A DNA stretch of 64,000 nucleotides from an uncultured Eubacteriales bacterium (lineage in GTDB: Bacteria; Acidobacteriota; Aminicenantia; Aminicenantales; Aminicenantaceae). Shown one piece after another: positions 51,837-61,843 of this stretch (its first letter is position 1; the number at the start of each line of letters is the position of its first letter). Location of the stretch: NCBI GenBank assembly GCA_964400735.1, contig CAYNVQ010000003.1, positions 1 through 64,000 on the forward strand. Direction: 5' to 3'. Position numbers and translations under genes: made by a program. The notes beneath the pieces are model-generated. The model searched no databases. It was not told the DNA's origin and worked only from the letters and a program-made list of their open reading frames with translations.

Positions 51837-52709
51837 ATGAATAAAAGAAAGTCGAAAGACATCCGGTTCTTGATCATCACAGGACTTTCCGGTTCAGGGA
51901 AGACTGTGGTCAGTCGGTTTTTGGAAGATCTAGGGTATTACTGTATCGATAATCTTCCTGCCAAGCTCATCCCCCAATTCGTGGACTTATGGTCCAGGCA
52001 AGAAGTCGAGATCGAAAAGGTCGCTCTTGTCGTGGATATAAGAGAAGCTGGATTCACGACGGAATTCCCGAAAGTTTATCAATCAATCCAGGACAAAATT
52101 AAACCCTATTTAATGTTTCTTGAGGCATCTGATGAAGTATTATTCAAGCGCTTCAGCGAAAGCAGGCGGCCTCATCCTATGGCCAGCACAAAATCGGTGA
52201 GAGAGGGGATAACGCTGGAAAGAAAGGGGTTGGCGCAAGTAAAGAATTTAGCCGACGAAGTCATCGATACTTCCTCCACCAACTTGGCAGAACTTAGGGA
52301 AATTTTAACCAGGCGTCTGTTGGAAAAAAAGGGAGTGGGTCTTCAGGTGATCGTGATCAGCTTCGGATATAAATACGGTATTCCCCTCGATTCTGACTTG
52401 GTTTTCGATACCAGGTTTTTGCCGAATCCCCATTATATTGACAGCATGAGGAACAAGACAGGAAAAAGCAGGGCGGTGAAGAAGTATGTCCTCCAAGCCA
52501 AAGAAACGCAGTCATTCCTGATAAGACTCTTGAGATTTGTGGACTATCTGATGCCGAAATTCGAGGATGAGGGAAAAACCTATTTGACTATCTCCATAGG
52601 TTGTACAGGTGGAAAACACCGGTCTGTCGTTCTCGCCAATAGACTGAAAGAACATCTCGTCAGTCACAACTTCAAAACGCGGGTTTATCACCGAGACATT
52701 TACAAATAA
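51837..52709 (+). CDS. rapZ: RNase adapter protein RapZ (YhbJ)
   Basis: 290 aa. P-loop GLSGSGKT. Position in the rpoN locus. Confidence 0.8.
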   Translation: MNKRKSKDIRFLIITGLSGSGKTVVSRFLEDLGYYCIDNLPAKLIPQFVDLWSRQEVEIEKVALVVDIREAGFTTEFPKVYQSIQDKIKPYLMFLEASDEVLFKRFSESRRPHPMASTKSVREGITLERKGLAQVKNLADEVIDTSSTNLAELREILTRRLLEKKGVGLQVIVISFGYKYGIPLDSDLVFDTRFLPNPHYIDSMRNKTGKSRAVKKYVLQAKETQSFLIRLLRFVDYLMPKFEDEGKTYLTISIGCTGGKHRSVVLANRLKEHLVSHNFKTRVYHRDIYK

Positions 52710-52958
52710 TTGGGGATGTGCCCCAAAGCTCCCATCCAATTTCGAGAGCTTCGAATTTTAAACGTGATTAAATAAGAGGTCCTTTCTTTCGGGATTTTCC
52801 ATTTCGGGAAAGATCATACCTCAAGATGAAAAGATGAAGCAAGAGGAACGCCTAAAGAAAAAACTTACGATTGTTAACAAATAATGATAGAATTTTGTAC
52901 AATAAAGGGTATTACGAGATATCCATTGAATAAATGACCGGAAAAGAATGAGGATAGC

Positions 52959-53363
52959 ATGATTGGTGGCATCATCGTCTCGCACGGAAAATTAGCCGAG
53001 GAACTTCTAAATGCGCTGACGATCATACTCGGAGAAGTGGTGAACATTGAGGCGATCTCCATCGGGTGGTATGACGATGTCGAAGATTCTAAACGAAAAA
53101 TCAACCAATCGATAAAAAGGGTTGATCAGAAAAACGGAATCCTTATCTTCACGGATATGTTCGGAGGAACTCCATCAAACTTGAGTTTCAGCTTCTTGAA
53201 GGATAACCAGATCGAAATCATTACCGGAGTTAATCTTCCCATGCTCATCAAATTTGTCTCCCTTCAGAGAAGGAATAGGTTGAAAGAGGTCGCCAAAAAG
53301 GTCGTCGAACAAGGGAAGAAAAATATTCATCTGGCCAGTCTTCTTTTAAGCTCCAAACAGTGA
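52959..53363 (+). CDS. PTS EIIA component, mannose/fructose family
   Basis: 134 aa. MIGGIIVSHG with an active-site His near the N-terminus. Confidence 0.7.
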   Translation: MIGGIIVSHGKLAEELLNALTIILGEVVNIEAISIGWYDDVEDSKRKINQSIKRVDQKNGILIFTDMFGGTPSNLSFSFLKDNQIEIITGVNLPMLIKFVSLQRRNRLKEVAKKVVEQGKKNIHLASLLLSSKQ

Positions 53364-53385
53364 TTGACCGATCAAAACAGCCATC

Positions 53386-53655
53386 ATGATAGAAGAAAAA
53401 GTCAAGATTATAAATAGACTCGGTCTGCATGCCAGGGCGGCGGCGAAGTTTGTGAAGTTGGCCAACCGATTCGAGTCTTCTGTCAAGATCGAAAAAGATG
53501 GAGCCTTCATCGATGGGAAAAGCATTCTCGGCATTTTGACCTTAGCCGCTGTGATGGGAAGTAGGATCACCCTTAGAACGTCGGGCAAAGATGAGAAATC
53601 GGCTATGAAAGCCTTGGTGGCTTTGATAGAGAACAAGTTCGATGAGGAAGAATGA
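53386..53655 (+). CDS. ptsH: Phosphocarrier protein HPr/NPr
   Basis: 89 aa. The His15 region reads LGLHARAAAKFV. Confidence 0.8.
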   Translation: MIEEKVKIINRLGLHARAAAKFVKLANRFESSVKIEKDGAFIDGKSILGILTLAAVMGSRITLRTSGKDEKSAMKALVALIENKFDEEE

Positions 53656-55415
53656 ATAAAGTGGACTATATTAGACTGAGAGGGCTAGGAGTCTCCCCTG
53701 GGATCGCCATAGGCGAGGCTAAGCTCACAGAGAAAGTCGTTTTCACGACTAGAAAGGACGTTCTCTCCTCCAGCCAAGTACGCGACGAACTGAAGCGGCT
53801 GCAAAGAGCTATCGAAAACACCAAAGAACAATTGGTCCAGATTAGGGACAGCATCAAGAGAAAAATAGGGCAAGAGCACTCTTTCATTTTTGATGCTCAC
53901 CTCATGATTCTAGAAGATAAATCTCTATATTCTACCCTAACAGAAATGATAAAAAACGAGAAAGCCAGAGCCGAATGGTCGATTTCTCGTGCTTATGATA
54001 AGTATAAAAAGCTTTTTGAATCCATAGATGATGAGTATTTCAAGCAGCGGAAATATGATGTTGCTGATGTTCTTTCCAAGATTTATAGGAACTTGGAACC
54101 ATCCGAAAAAGCAAAAAAGGAAGATGGGAAGGACAAAATTCTTGTCGCTCATGAACTTCTTCCTTCAGAAGCAGCTTTGAGGCTGAGCAAAGGGAATGTG
54201 CTGGCTGTGGCTCTCGATATGGGAGGCCAGACCTCCCATACGGCTATTTTGGCCCGCTCCTTGAATATTCCGGCAGTGGTGGGCTTGCGGGATATTTCGC
54301 AAAGGGTTAAAAACGGGGATGTTTTGATCGTGGATGGAACGGATGGCGAAGTGCTGATCAATCCGCCCCTGGCCATTAAAAAAGAGTTCACCAGCAAGAA
54401 ACAGAAATACATCGATTACAGGAAAGAGCTTCGAAAGATCGCCAAGTTGAGTTCTCAAACGATGGACGATTTTGATTTTACACCTCTAGCCAATATCGAA
54501 CTTCCTGAGGAGGTCCCGATGGCCTTTTCCATGGGGGCAGAGGGAATAGGCCTTTTCCGCTCGGAATTCATTTATCTCCAGAGTGCTTCCCTCCCATCAC
54601 AGGAAGAGCACGTTAAGATTTATACTCAGATTGCCAAAGATGCTTATCCCTCACCGGTATATATTAGGACTATCGATGTGGGCGGTGAGAAAAACCTCCC
54701 CCAGTTCAAAATAGAGAAAGAGCCAAATCCGGCACTTGGTCTAAGGGCCATAAGGCTTTCTCTTAAGGACAGGAAGATTTTCAAAATACAGCTGAAAGCT
54801 ATTCTGATGGCGAGCACATTGGGAAACGTGAACGTTTTGATCCCGATGATCACGGAACTCGAAGAAATCGAAGAAGTCAAGATGTTGTTTCGGGAAATTA
54901 AACAAGAACTGAGAGAGAAATCTATTCCCTTCGACGAGGAAATTTCTTTAGGTGTGATGATCGAAGTGCCAGCCGCCGCCGCTATCACGGACGTCTTGGT
55001 GAAGGAAGTGGATTATATCAGTATCGGGACCAATGATCTTATCCAATACTACCTGGCTGTGGACCGGTCGAACGAATTGGTATCTTATCTCTTTAAGCCT
55101 CTGCATCCCTCGGTCATAAGGCTTATCAAATTCGTTATGGATGCCGCACAAAAGGCAGAAAAGGAGATCACAGTCTGTGGGGAAATGGCGGCTGACCCCC
55201 TTTCGGCCATAATCCTTCTCGGGCTCGGCTTAAGAAAATTCAGCATGAATCCGATTTTTATTCCCAGAATTAAAAATATACTGCGCTCTGTCGAGTACAA
55301 AACAGCGAAGGAAATTGTCCAGGAAGCTCTAGAATTGAAAACGGCTCAAGAAATCGAAGAATGCATTTTGGAAAAGATACTGCTGAAACATCCTAAAGCT
55401 TTCCTTATGGGCTAG
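53652..55415 (+). CDS. ptsI: Phosphoenolpyruvate-protein phosphotransferase (Enzyme I)
   Basis: 587 aa. GGQTSHTAILARSLNIPAVVG with the active-site His. Confidence 0.85.
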   Translation: MNKVDYIRLRGLGVSPGIAIGEAKLTEKVVFTTRKDVLSSSQVRDELKRLQRAIENTKEQLVQIRDSIKRKIGQEHSFIFDAHLMILEDKSLYSTLTEMIKNEKARAEWSISRAYDKYKKLFESIDDEYFKQRKYDVADVLSKIYRNLEPSEKAKKEDGKDKILVAHELLPSEAALRLSKGNVLAVALDMGGQTSHTAILARSLNIPAVVGLRDISQRVKNGDVLIVDGTDGEVLINPPLAIKKEFTSKKQKYIDYRKELRKIAKLSSQTMDDFDFTPLANIELPEEVPMAFSMGAEGIGLFRSEFIYLQSASLPSQEEHVKIYTQIAKDAYPSPVYIRTIDVGGEKNLPQFKIEKEPNPALGLRAIRLSLKDRKIFKIQLKAILMASTLGNVNVLIPMITELEEIEEVKMLFREIKQELREKSIPFDEEISLGVMIEVPAAAAITDVLVKEVDYISIGTNDLIQYYLAVDRSNELVSYLFKPLHPSVIRLIKFVMDAAQKAEKEITVCGEMAADPLSAIILLGLGLRKFSMNPIFIPRIKNILRSVEYKTAKEIVQEALELKTAQEIEECILEKILLKHPKAFLMG

Positions 55416-55451
55416 TTTTTTTTGGCCGATACCAGTCATGAAGGATGAAAT

Positions 55452-55832
55452 TTATTCCGAGGAGTGGCTGAGCAGCTTTTCGAGAAGATCAAGCAGTCCC
55501 TTCATGTTGATCGGCTTTTCAATAAAATGGTCGGCTCCAGATTTTATGGCCTCAAATTTGAAGGTGGCTCCTTTGTAAACGGCTGTCATCAATACGATTT
55601 TGGTCTCCTTAAGCTGAGGATCCTTTTTGATATTTTGACAGAGTTCCAGGCCATGAAGTTTGGGAATTAGCATATCGCATAGCACAACGTCCGGTTTTTG
55701 GCTAGAAGCGATTTCAAATCCCTTTGCCCCATCCTCAGCCTTGAGAACTTGATAATTATGGCGGGAAAGACTCATCTCGAGCATGGTCAGCGTGATTCTG
55801 TCGTCATCTATGAGGAGAATCTTCCCTTTCAT
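55452..55832 (-). CDS. Single-domain response regulator (CheY-like receiver)
   Basis: 126 aa. DD...D...K receiver residues. Confidence 0.75.
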   Translation of the reverse strand: MKGKILLIDDDRITLTMLEMSLSRHNYQVLKAEDGAKGFEIASSQKPDVVLCDMLIPKLHGLELCQNIKKDPQLKETKIVLMTAVYKGATFKFEAIKSGADHFIEKPINMKGLLDLLEKLLSHSSE

Positions 55833-56216
55833 CTATCCTCTGCCGTATACATCCTCGATTCTTACGATATCCGCTTCTTCTGAATTGCCAATCCAGACCT
55901 CCATTATCCGGGCTGGTTCTCGACTGGTACAACGGGCCCGGTGAGGAGTTCTGCACGGGATGAAAATTTCCTCATTTTTCACAGGAAGCCAGGTTCGGTC
56001 ACCGGATGTAACTTCTAAGCCTTCATCCAAAATGACCCAGAATTCATGCCTTTTCAAATGGTATTGGAGTGAGAAGGCTTCTCCCGGATTTATGGTTATG
56101 ACTTTGAGACTTGTGACCCGGTCAAAAGGAAAGGAACGAAATTTTCCCCACGGCCTGATGTCCTCGATGATTCCTTCCTGGAAATGTTGTCCCTTATTTT
56201 TTTCTTTGGGAGTCAT
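55833..56216 (-). CDS. Cupin-domain protein
   Basis: 127 aa. The cupin motif region has Hx..E and a conserved His. Confidence 0.6.
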   Translation of the reverse strand: MTPKEKNKGQHFQEGIIEDIRPWGKFRSFPFDRVTSLKVITINPGEAFSLQYHLKRHEFWVILDEGLEVTSGDRTWLPVKNEEIFIPCRTPHRARCTSREPARIMEVWIGNSEEADIVRIEDVYGRG

Positions 56217-56308
56217 GACAAAAATCCCCTTTGTTTTCAGTTACTCGCGATTGATTTTCGAGGACTCTAAAGCCTCTGGTCCAACATTATGACTGATCGA
56301 TGACTTTT

Positions 56309-56776
56309 CTAAAAGGGAACCTCGTCGTCCCCGTCTCCCTCCCCTTCCATGTCCGGAATAGCGCTTTCCTCAGAGGGAAAATCGGAGGAACTTGGCTGTG
56401 AGTAGGGCTCCTTTCCTCTTTCAGCCTCGTCTTTTCGGCCGAGAAGGACGATGCTATTGGCTTCGATTTCTGTAGTAAACCGTTTGTTCCCTTCTCTGTC
56501 TTGCCAGCTCCGTGTGCGTATTTTTCCCTCCAGGCATATTTGCTTGCCTTGACTGAGAAATTTCTCGCAGAATTCCGCAAGCTTTCCCCAGGCTATAATT
56601 CGGTGCCATTCCACACGAATGTCACTCTCATTCGTGCTTGGATTGAAATAACGCTCATTAGTGGCCAGGGTGAAACGGGCAATAGCCCTCTCTGACTGGG
56701 GAAGATATCGAACCTCGGGGGGACGGCCCAGACGTCCGATCAAAATGACCTTATTGAGGCTGTTAATATCTCTCAT
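56309..56776 (-). CDS. ssb: Single-stranded DNA-binding protein
   Basis: 155 aa. OB fold. Acidic C-terminal tail DDEVPF. Confidence 0.85.
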   Translation of the reverse strand: MRDINSLNKVILIGRLGRPPEVRYLPQSERAIARFTLATNERYFNPSTNESDIRVEWHRIIAWGKLAEFCEKFLSQGKQICLEGKIRTRSWQDREGNKRFTTEIEANSIVLLGRKDEAERGKEPYSQPSSSDFPSEESAIPDMEGEGDGDDEVPF

Positions 56777-57662
56777 ATTGTTTGATCAATTCCTTTATTT
56801 TTTCCTGGGCGATTTTCGTTTCTTCCTCCAAGGGGTATTTGCTAATCAGAAGTCTGAAGACTGAAAGTGCTTCTTCCTTTTGGCCCAGTTCTATCAGGCT
56901 CAGCCCTTTGTGAAGATAAGCGGCAGGGACCTTGTCGCCGGACGGATAGTTCAAAATCAGTTCATTATAGCGGGCTATGGCCTCCTCGAAATTTTTCTGG
57001 CTGAAATAACATTCCCCGATCCAATAGAGGGCATTGTCAGCAAAAGGGCTTTGGGAAAAGTTTTCCAGATAGATCTTGAATCCGTCTATGGCGAGGTCGA
57101 AATTCCCCTTAAGATAATCCGCATAGGCCATATTGTAGATTTCCTGAGGAGATAGATTGGGAGGAAGAGGAGATTTCGGCTGTTCTTCTGTTTCTTCTTC
57201 ACTCTTTATTTCTGCCGGCTCCTTTTTTGTCAGAGGCTGTTGTTCTTCTTCCGGTTTTTTGTTAGGGGCTTCTTCTTGCTCTAGCTGAGGAAGCAAAGGA
57301 ACCACTGCTTCCTTTATTTCCATCACTTCTTCCGAAATTTGAGAAAATTGCATACCCAAGGAGTCAAGCCTTTCCAGGAGGATTTGGAACTGGTTGGGAA
57401 TTTTTTTTTGATCTTCTTGAAAGCTTGCTTGTTGAGCCTGAAGGGATCGGAGCAAAGAGAGCATATCCTTCACTTCTTTTTTTATGCTCTGCAGTTCTTC
57501 TTGGTAAATTTCGAGCTTAGCGTCGAACTCCAACATTTGTTGTTTGAGCATCTGGATATCTTGGTAGATGAGTTCATAGGCTTTCTTTTCCTTTTGGACT
57601 GCCCCCAACATAAGGGGAACTGCCAGGACAGAGGATATCCTCAGGAAGGATCTTTTGAGCAT
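56763..57662 (-). CDS. cpoB: Tol-Pal associated TPR protein CpoB/YbgF
   Basis: 299 aa. Signal peptide, coiled coil and C-terminal TPR repeats. Last gene of the tol-pal cluster. Confidence 0.7.
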   Translation of the reverse strand: MLKRSFLRISSVLAVPLMLGAVQKEKKAYELIYQDIQMLKQQMLEFDAKLEIYQEELQSIKKEVKDMLSLLRSLQAQQASFQEDQKKIPNQFQILLERLDSLGMQFSQISEEVMEIKEAVVPLLPQLEQEEAPNKKPEEEQQPLTKKEPAEIKSEEETEEQPKSPLPPNLSPQEIYNMAYADYLKGNFDLAIDGFKIYLENFSQSPFADNALYWIGECYFSQKNFEEAIARYNELILNYPSGDKVPAAYLHKGLSLIELGQKEEALSVFRLLISKYPLEEETKIAQEKIKELIKQYERY

Positions 57663-57665
57663 ACG

Positions 57666-58220
57666 TTACTTAGCTATAATCGTGAATTCTGCTCTTCTGT
57701 TTTTCTGCCAGGCAACCTCATTATGTCCGAGATCTATGGGCTGACTTTTTCCATAGGAGATGGTTTTTAACCGATTTGGGGATATCCCGAGCGAAACCAG
57801 GTAGTCGAAGGTGCTCTTGGCCCTTTTTTCTCCCAGAGCAAGGTTGTATTCTTCGGTGCCTCTTTCATCACAATGACCTTCGATCAAGACCTGAGCACTA
57901 CTGAATTTTTTTAGCCAGGCCGCATTTTGTTCGAGAACCGGCTTGGCGTCTTCCCGGATGAAATACTTGTCGAAATCGAAGTGAATCATCTGAAGGGGAG
58001 CTTCACGGTTTATCTCCTCGAGAGATTTGCGCATGAAAATCTCTTCTTCCGTCAGCTCGGGCTCCTTGGCTGGAGCGGGTTCTTCGACCTTTTCAACTTT
58101 GGGTTGTTCTTTAACTTGTGGCGGGGGTGAAGGGGGAGCTTCCTCGACTTTTTTTCGGCAGGATAGCATGAAACCAAAAGCCAGAATTAATGATAGCGTT
58201 AGGATAAGGGCTTTTTTCAT
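57666..58220 (-). CDS. pal: Peptidoglycan-associated lipoprotein Pal (OmpA-like domain)
   Basis: Starts at MKKALILTLSLILAFGFMLSC (lipobox). OmpA C-like domain NRRAEF. Confidence 0.8.
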   Translation of the reverse strand: MKKALILTLSLILAFGFMLSCRKKVEEAPPSPPPQVKEQPKVEKVEEPAPAKEPELTEEEIFMRKSLEEINREAPLQMIHFDFDKYFIREDAKPVLEQNAAWLKKFSSAQVLIEGHCDERGTEEYNLALGEKRAKSTFDYLVSLGISPNRLKTISYGKSQPIDLGHNEVAWQKNRRAEFTIIAK

Positions 58221-58364
58221 TTGACCTCCTTTGAAATGTTTTTCTTCCAAATTGATGAACCCTCGCGCTAATTTTATACAATCAATCATATCCTCTGTCA
58301 ACAGGGTAAAGTCATAAAAATTAAAATACTTTCATCGATGAGGGGACTATTTACACAAAAATTT

Positions 58365-59657
58365 CTAGTGGCGGGACCAATCGGGTAGCTTATTTTCTCC
58401 CTGGGAGGTAAGACGGCGCAGGTTTCTCCCGTCGTAGTCGATGCTGTAGAGCTGGTTCGTCCCAGTTAGTGTAGAAGAAAAGATCAAATGGCGGCCGTCC
58501 GGTGACCAGCTTGGAGACTCGTTCCGGGCATTGCCCTCTGTGAGTTTGATGATTTGCTGGGTGCGGAGGTTGAGGACATAGATGTCAAAGATTTGGTCCA
58601 CCCGAGAAACGTACGCCAGATTATCCCCAACAGGTGACCAGGCTGGAGCATCGTGATAGGTACCCCCGAAACTGACTCTCGTCACGTTGGATCCTTCAGC
58701 ATCCATGGTGTAGATTTGGGGCGTTCCTCCCCTATCCGAAGTAAAGGCTATTTGTCGGCTGGTCTGTGACCAGCAGGGAGCTGTATCCGTGGCCTTGTTG
58801 AAGGTCAGCCTTCGGATTCCCCTTCCTTCGCCTGTGGCCAGATAGATCTCGGAATTCCCCCCTTCTTCCTGAGAGCAGAAGACCAGTCTTTTTCCATCCG
58901 GAGAAAAGGAAGGCGCAAAGCTAGTCCCTTTGTTGTAAACTTCGTGCCTTTTTCCCTCGTAGACTTCCAGGATATAAAGAATGGCGTTTGATCCCTGATA
59001 AGAAGTGTAAGAGATTTTTTTTCCGTCGGCAGACCAAGCGGGCATGTAATCCGTGACGTTATTGAAAGTCAGGCGGGTCTGGTTGTAGCCATCGTAATCC
59101 ATCATGTAGAGTTCCCAATTGCCGTCACGGTTGGAGGTGAACACGATTTTTGTGGTGAAATAGGGAGGTTCTCCCCATGCCTGTAACATCTCATCGGCCA
59201 TTCTGTGGGCGGCATAGCGGAGAAAAGAGCTGCCGCTTTGGTAACGTCTGCCGATTATTCCCCTCTCGGCTTTTACATCGTAGACCTTTCCCTCGAAAAT
59301 TATATCGCCATTGTCTCCCTCGGAGACTTCTCCGACAAAAAGGATCTTGGCCTGGATGGATTCCCAATCCTTGAAGGCGATATTCTCTGGATTCAAGCGG
59401 TCAATATAGCTATACCAGCTTTTAGGAATCTCTTCGAAGATCCGGCTATATTTCAGGTCTGAGGCGAGCGTCTGTTGCAGGACTTCGGCCGCTTGCTGGA
59501 GCTGAGAAGAGGAACCGTGGACGGTAAATTCAGGGATAGCCAGCGAAATGGCAGGCATTCCTTCCCGGATGCTCAGATAGACTTCCTGTTGGGCAGGAAG
59601 GAGGAGAACCACGACCAGCAGAAGACTTGCACAAAACAAAAAATCTTTTTTTCTCAT
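58365..59657 (-). CDS. tolB: Tol-Pal system beta-propeller protein TolB
   Basis: 430 aa. Signal peptide. WD-like PD40 repeats. Confidence 0.85.
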   Translation of the reverse strand: MRKKDFLFCASLLLVVVLLLPAQQEVYLSIREGMPAISLAIPEFTVHGSSSQLQQAAEVLQQTLASDLKYSRIFEEIPKSWYSYIDRLNPENIAFKDWESIQAKILFVGEVSEGDNGDIIFEGKVYDVKAERGIIGRRYQSGSSFLRYAAHRMADEMLQAWGEPPYFTTKIVFTSNRDGNWELYMMDYDGYNQTRLTFNNVTDYMPAWSADGKKISYTSYQGSNAILYILEVYEGKRHEVYNKGTSFAPSFSPDGKRLVFCSQEEGGNSEIYLATGEGRGIRRLTFNKATDTAPCWSQTSRQIAFTSDRGGTPQIYTMDAEGSNVTRVSFGGTYHDAPAWSPVGDNLAYVSRVDQIFDIYVLNLRTQQIIKLTEGNARNESPSWSPDGRHLIFSSTLTGTNQLYSIDYDGRNLRRLTSQGENKLPDWSRH

Positions 59658-60481
59658 TTTTTATGTTCAAATCGTAGATGGATGACCAGATACTCTTCTT
59701 CGTAACCGTCAGGAAGAGGAGCGAAGGGAGCTGCGGATTGGACGGCGCGCACCGCTGCTAAATCAAGAGTCCGGATTCCGCTTCCTTTTTCGATCTCCAC
59801 GATGGAGATCTTTCCATCCCTGTATATTTTAAAGACGATCTCCGTATATAATTCATCGGATGTCCCTGAGCTGATTTGGGTCTTCAGCCAGTTGGAAGAG
59901 ATTCGGCCGACCATGTTTTCCAAATAATATGTAAAGGGAAAATTGGAAAGACCGATTTGAGAAGCGAACTCCGACCCGAATCCCAATCCTCCGCCCGACC
60001 CCGATCCGACGCCCAAGGAGACTCCTGATCCTGAGCCGCTTCCTGTTCCTTCTTTTGCGCCCGATTCGGAAGGGCTCGATGACTCATTGGCCGGGGTTTC
60101 TCGCTTCTGGATAACAGCCTTTTTCTGTTCGGGAGGCTTGGCTTCTCTTTTGGGCTTTTCCACCGGATACTTGAGGGAGGAGAGGGATTGTTGTTCCAGT
60201 TTTGGAGGGGTAGTGAGATCCCTCAAGGTTTCCCTGGCTGGAGCAGAGGTTTTGGACAATTCCTCCGTTTTTTTTACGGTCGGCTGTCCTCCCCCTCCAG
60301 GGGAGCCTCCTCCGCCGCCCCCACCAAAAGAGACCAGGCTTACATAATGGACCATCCTTTTCCGTCCGAAGCTTGGGAGGTCGGGGGAAAAAAGAATCAG
60401 GAGAAAAAGAAAGAAATGGGCTGAAAGGGAGATGTATATGAATTTTTTGAAGACAGGATTTTGCCTGATAAAAGCGACCAT
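59654..60481 (-). CDS. tolA: TolA (TonB-family energy transducer with Gly/Ser/Pro-rich linker)
   Basis: 275 aa. N-terminal transmembrane helix, low-complexity linker and TonB_C-like domain. Sits between tolR and tolB. Confidence 0.65.
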   Translation of the reverse strand: MVAFIRQNPVFKKFIYISLSAHFFLFLLILFSPDLPSFGRKRMVHYVSLVSFGGGGGGGSPGGGGQPTVKKTEELSKTSAPARETLRDLTTPPKLEQQSLSSLKYPVEKPKREAKPPEQKKAVIQKRETPANESSSPSESGAKEGTGSGSGSGVSLGVGSGSGGGLGFGSEFASQIGLSNFPFTYYLENMVGRISSNWLKTQISSGTSDELYTEIVFKIYRDGKISIVEIEKGSGIRTLDLAAVRAVQSAAPFAPLPDGYEEEYLVIHLRFEHKK

Positions 60482-60483
60482 TC

Positions 60484-60918
60484 TTACTGCCTTCTCTTTT
60501 TTTCGGGAGGTTCGGTTATCAAGCCGACCTGTTCTATACCGGCCTTTTTCACGATATCCATGATGTGGATGACGTACCCGTAATTCAGGCCTTGGTCGGC
60601 CTGAATAAAAACCACCTTTTTTTCTTTATTGAAAAAAAATTGCCTCAATCTCGTTTCCAGAAGGTTCTGGTTGATGACGCCGCCTTCCATGCTTATGTAT
60701 CTGTCCTTATCGATGGTCAGTGTCAACCCTTCCTCAGCCGGGGCGGATTGTGTTTCGGCCTGGGGAAGGTCAACACCGATTCCCATCTTGAGCATGGGAG
60801 CTGTGACCATGAAAATAATCAAGAGCACCAGCATGACATCAACCAGGGGAGTGACGTTGATCTCGGACAGGGAAGTCCCTACTTCTCTTTTAGAAATGGA
60901 ACGGAATTTAAAGGCCAT
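60484..60918 (-). CDS. tolR: TolR/ExbD biopolymer transport protein
   Basis: Starts at the internal MAFKFRS. One transmembrane helix and a periplasmic domain. Confidence 0.8.
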   Translation of the reverse strand: MAFKFRSISKREVGTSLSEINVTPLVDVMLVLLIIFMVTAPMLKMGIGVDLPQAETQSAPAEEGLTLTIDKDRYISMEGGVINQNLLETRLRQFFFNKEKKVVFIQADQGLNYGYVIHIMDIVKKAGIEQVGLITEPPEKKRRQ

Positions 60919-61594
60919 AGAGCCTCTCCGTGATGCTGAGGAATTCGATGGAAAAATCTTCCATATCGGTGATGATCTCTTTGATCCTGTGAAGGTAATG
61001 GTTGTAGGCAATGACGGCCGGGATGGCGGCAAAAAGTCCGAGCGCTGTGGCGATCAGGGCTTCGGCGATTCCCGGGGCGACGGTTTGAAGGGTGTTCATC
61101 TCGGCTGCACTCAATTCGTTAAAAGCATCCATGATTCCCCAAACCGTGCCGAACAAACCGATAAAAGGCGTGACGCTTCCCGTCGTAGCCAAGAAATTCA
61201 TCATTTTTTCCAGTCGTGTCACTTCTTTATTGGAAGCTTTGATCAGCGCCCGGTTGATGCTTTCCAGCACGGACGGGGTTATGGAAGGTTTAGGGTTGGA
61301 TTTGGTGTGATAGGCCAGGTCCTTGTAGCCGGCGCGGAAGAGGGTTGCCAGAGGGCTCCCCTTGAATTTTTTGGCTGCCTCGTTGACCTCCAGAAGGTTC
61401 TTGCTCTTCCGGAATATGATAAGAAATTTCTTGGATTGGTTGGTTACGGCTTTGAGTGTATTTCTCTTGAAGAGAATGAGCGCCCAGGAGAAAATGGAGA
61501 AGAGAAGAAGCACCACAAGGACCAACTGCACGACTACACTGGCCTGCAGGATCAACTTGAAAACGTTCATCTTTCTTGTCATAAAAAGTAGCAT
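60908..61594 (-). CDS. tolQ: TolQ/ExbB/MotA-family proton channel
   Basis: 228 aa. Three transmembrane helices. MotA/TolQ/ExbB signature. Confidence 0.8.
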   Translation of the reverse strand: MLLFMTRKMNVFKLILQASVVVQLVLVVLLLFSIFSWALILFKRNTLKAVTNQSKKFLIIFRKSKNLLEVNEAAKKFKGSPLATLFRAGYKDLAYHTKSNPKPSITPSVLESINRALIKASNKEVTRLEKMMNFLATTGSVTPFIGLFGTVWGIMDAFNELSAAEMNTLQTVAPGIAEALIATALGLFAAIPAVIAYNHYLHRIKEIITDMEDFSIEFLSITERLYGL

Positions 61595-61627
61595 ATGCCA
61601 GGCATAAAGTCAATCATGATGGGTCAT

Positions 61628-61722
61628 GATAGGGACGTTCCATTCGGGGATATCCTATCCTGTAAGCATAATGTTATTATCGGCAGAATGGATAGGGTGT
61701 CCCCGAATGGAACGTCCCTATC
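61628..61722. repeat. Long near-perfect hairpin: 23-bp perfect outer stem plus an inner imperfect stem, about 33 bp in total, around a roughly 29-nt AT-rich loop
   Basis: gatagggacgttccattcgggga (61628-61650) is the exact reverse complement of 61700-61722. Inner pairing cctatcc/ggatagg. Located in the tolQ / trkH divergent intergenic region. Confidence 0.7.
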
Positions 61723-61843
61723 AACCGTCGATTGACAAAGAAGGAGAGAAGTAATAGATTGATGGAAATATCCTTGGAGGGATGGATGCCTGGACCTAGA
61801 GGAGTGCCCCATCAAAAGCGATAGAAGGTTCCAACCGGCCCAA

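Noticed and set aside
61595-61843. Rho-independent terminator interpretation of the 61628-61722 hairpin
   Set aside because: No U-tract follows either arm. It lies between two divergent gene starts rather than after a gene end.
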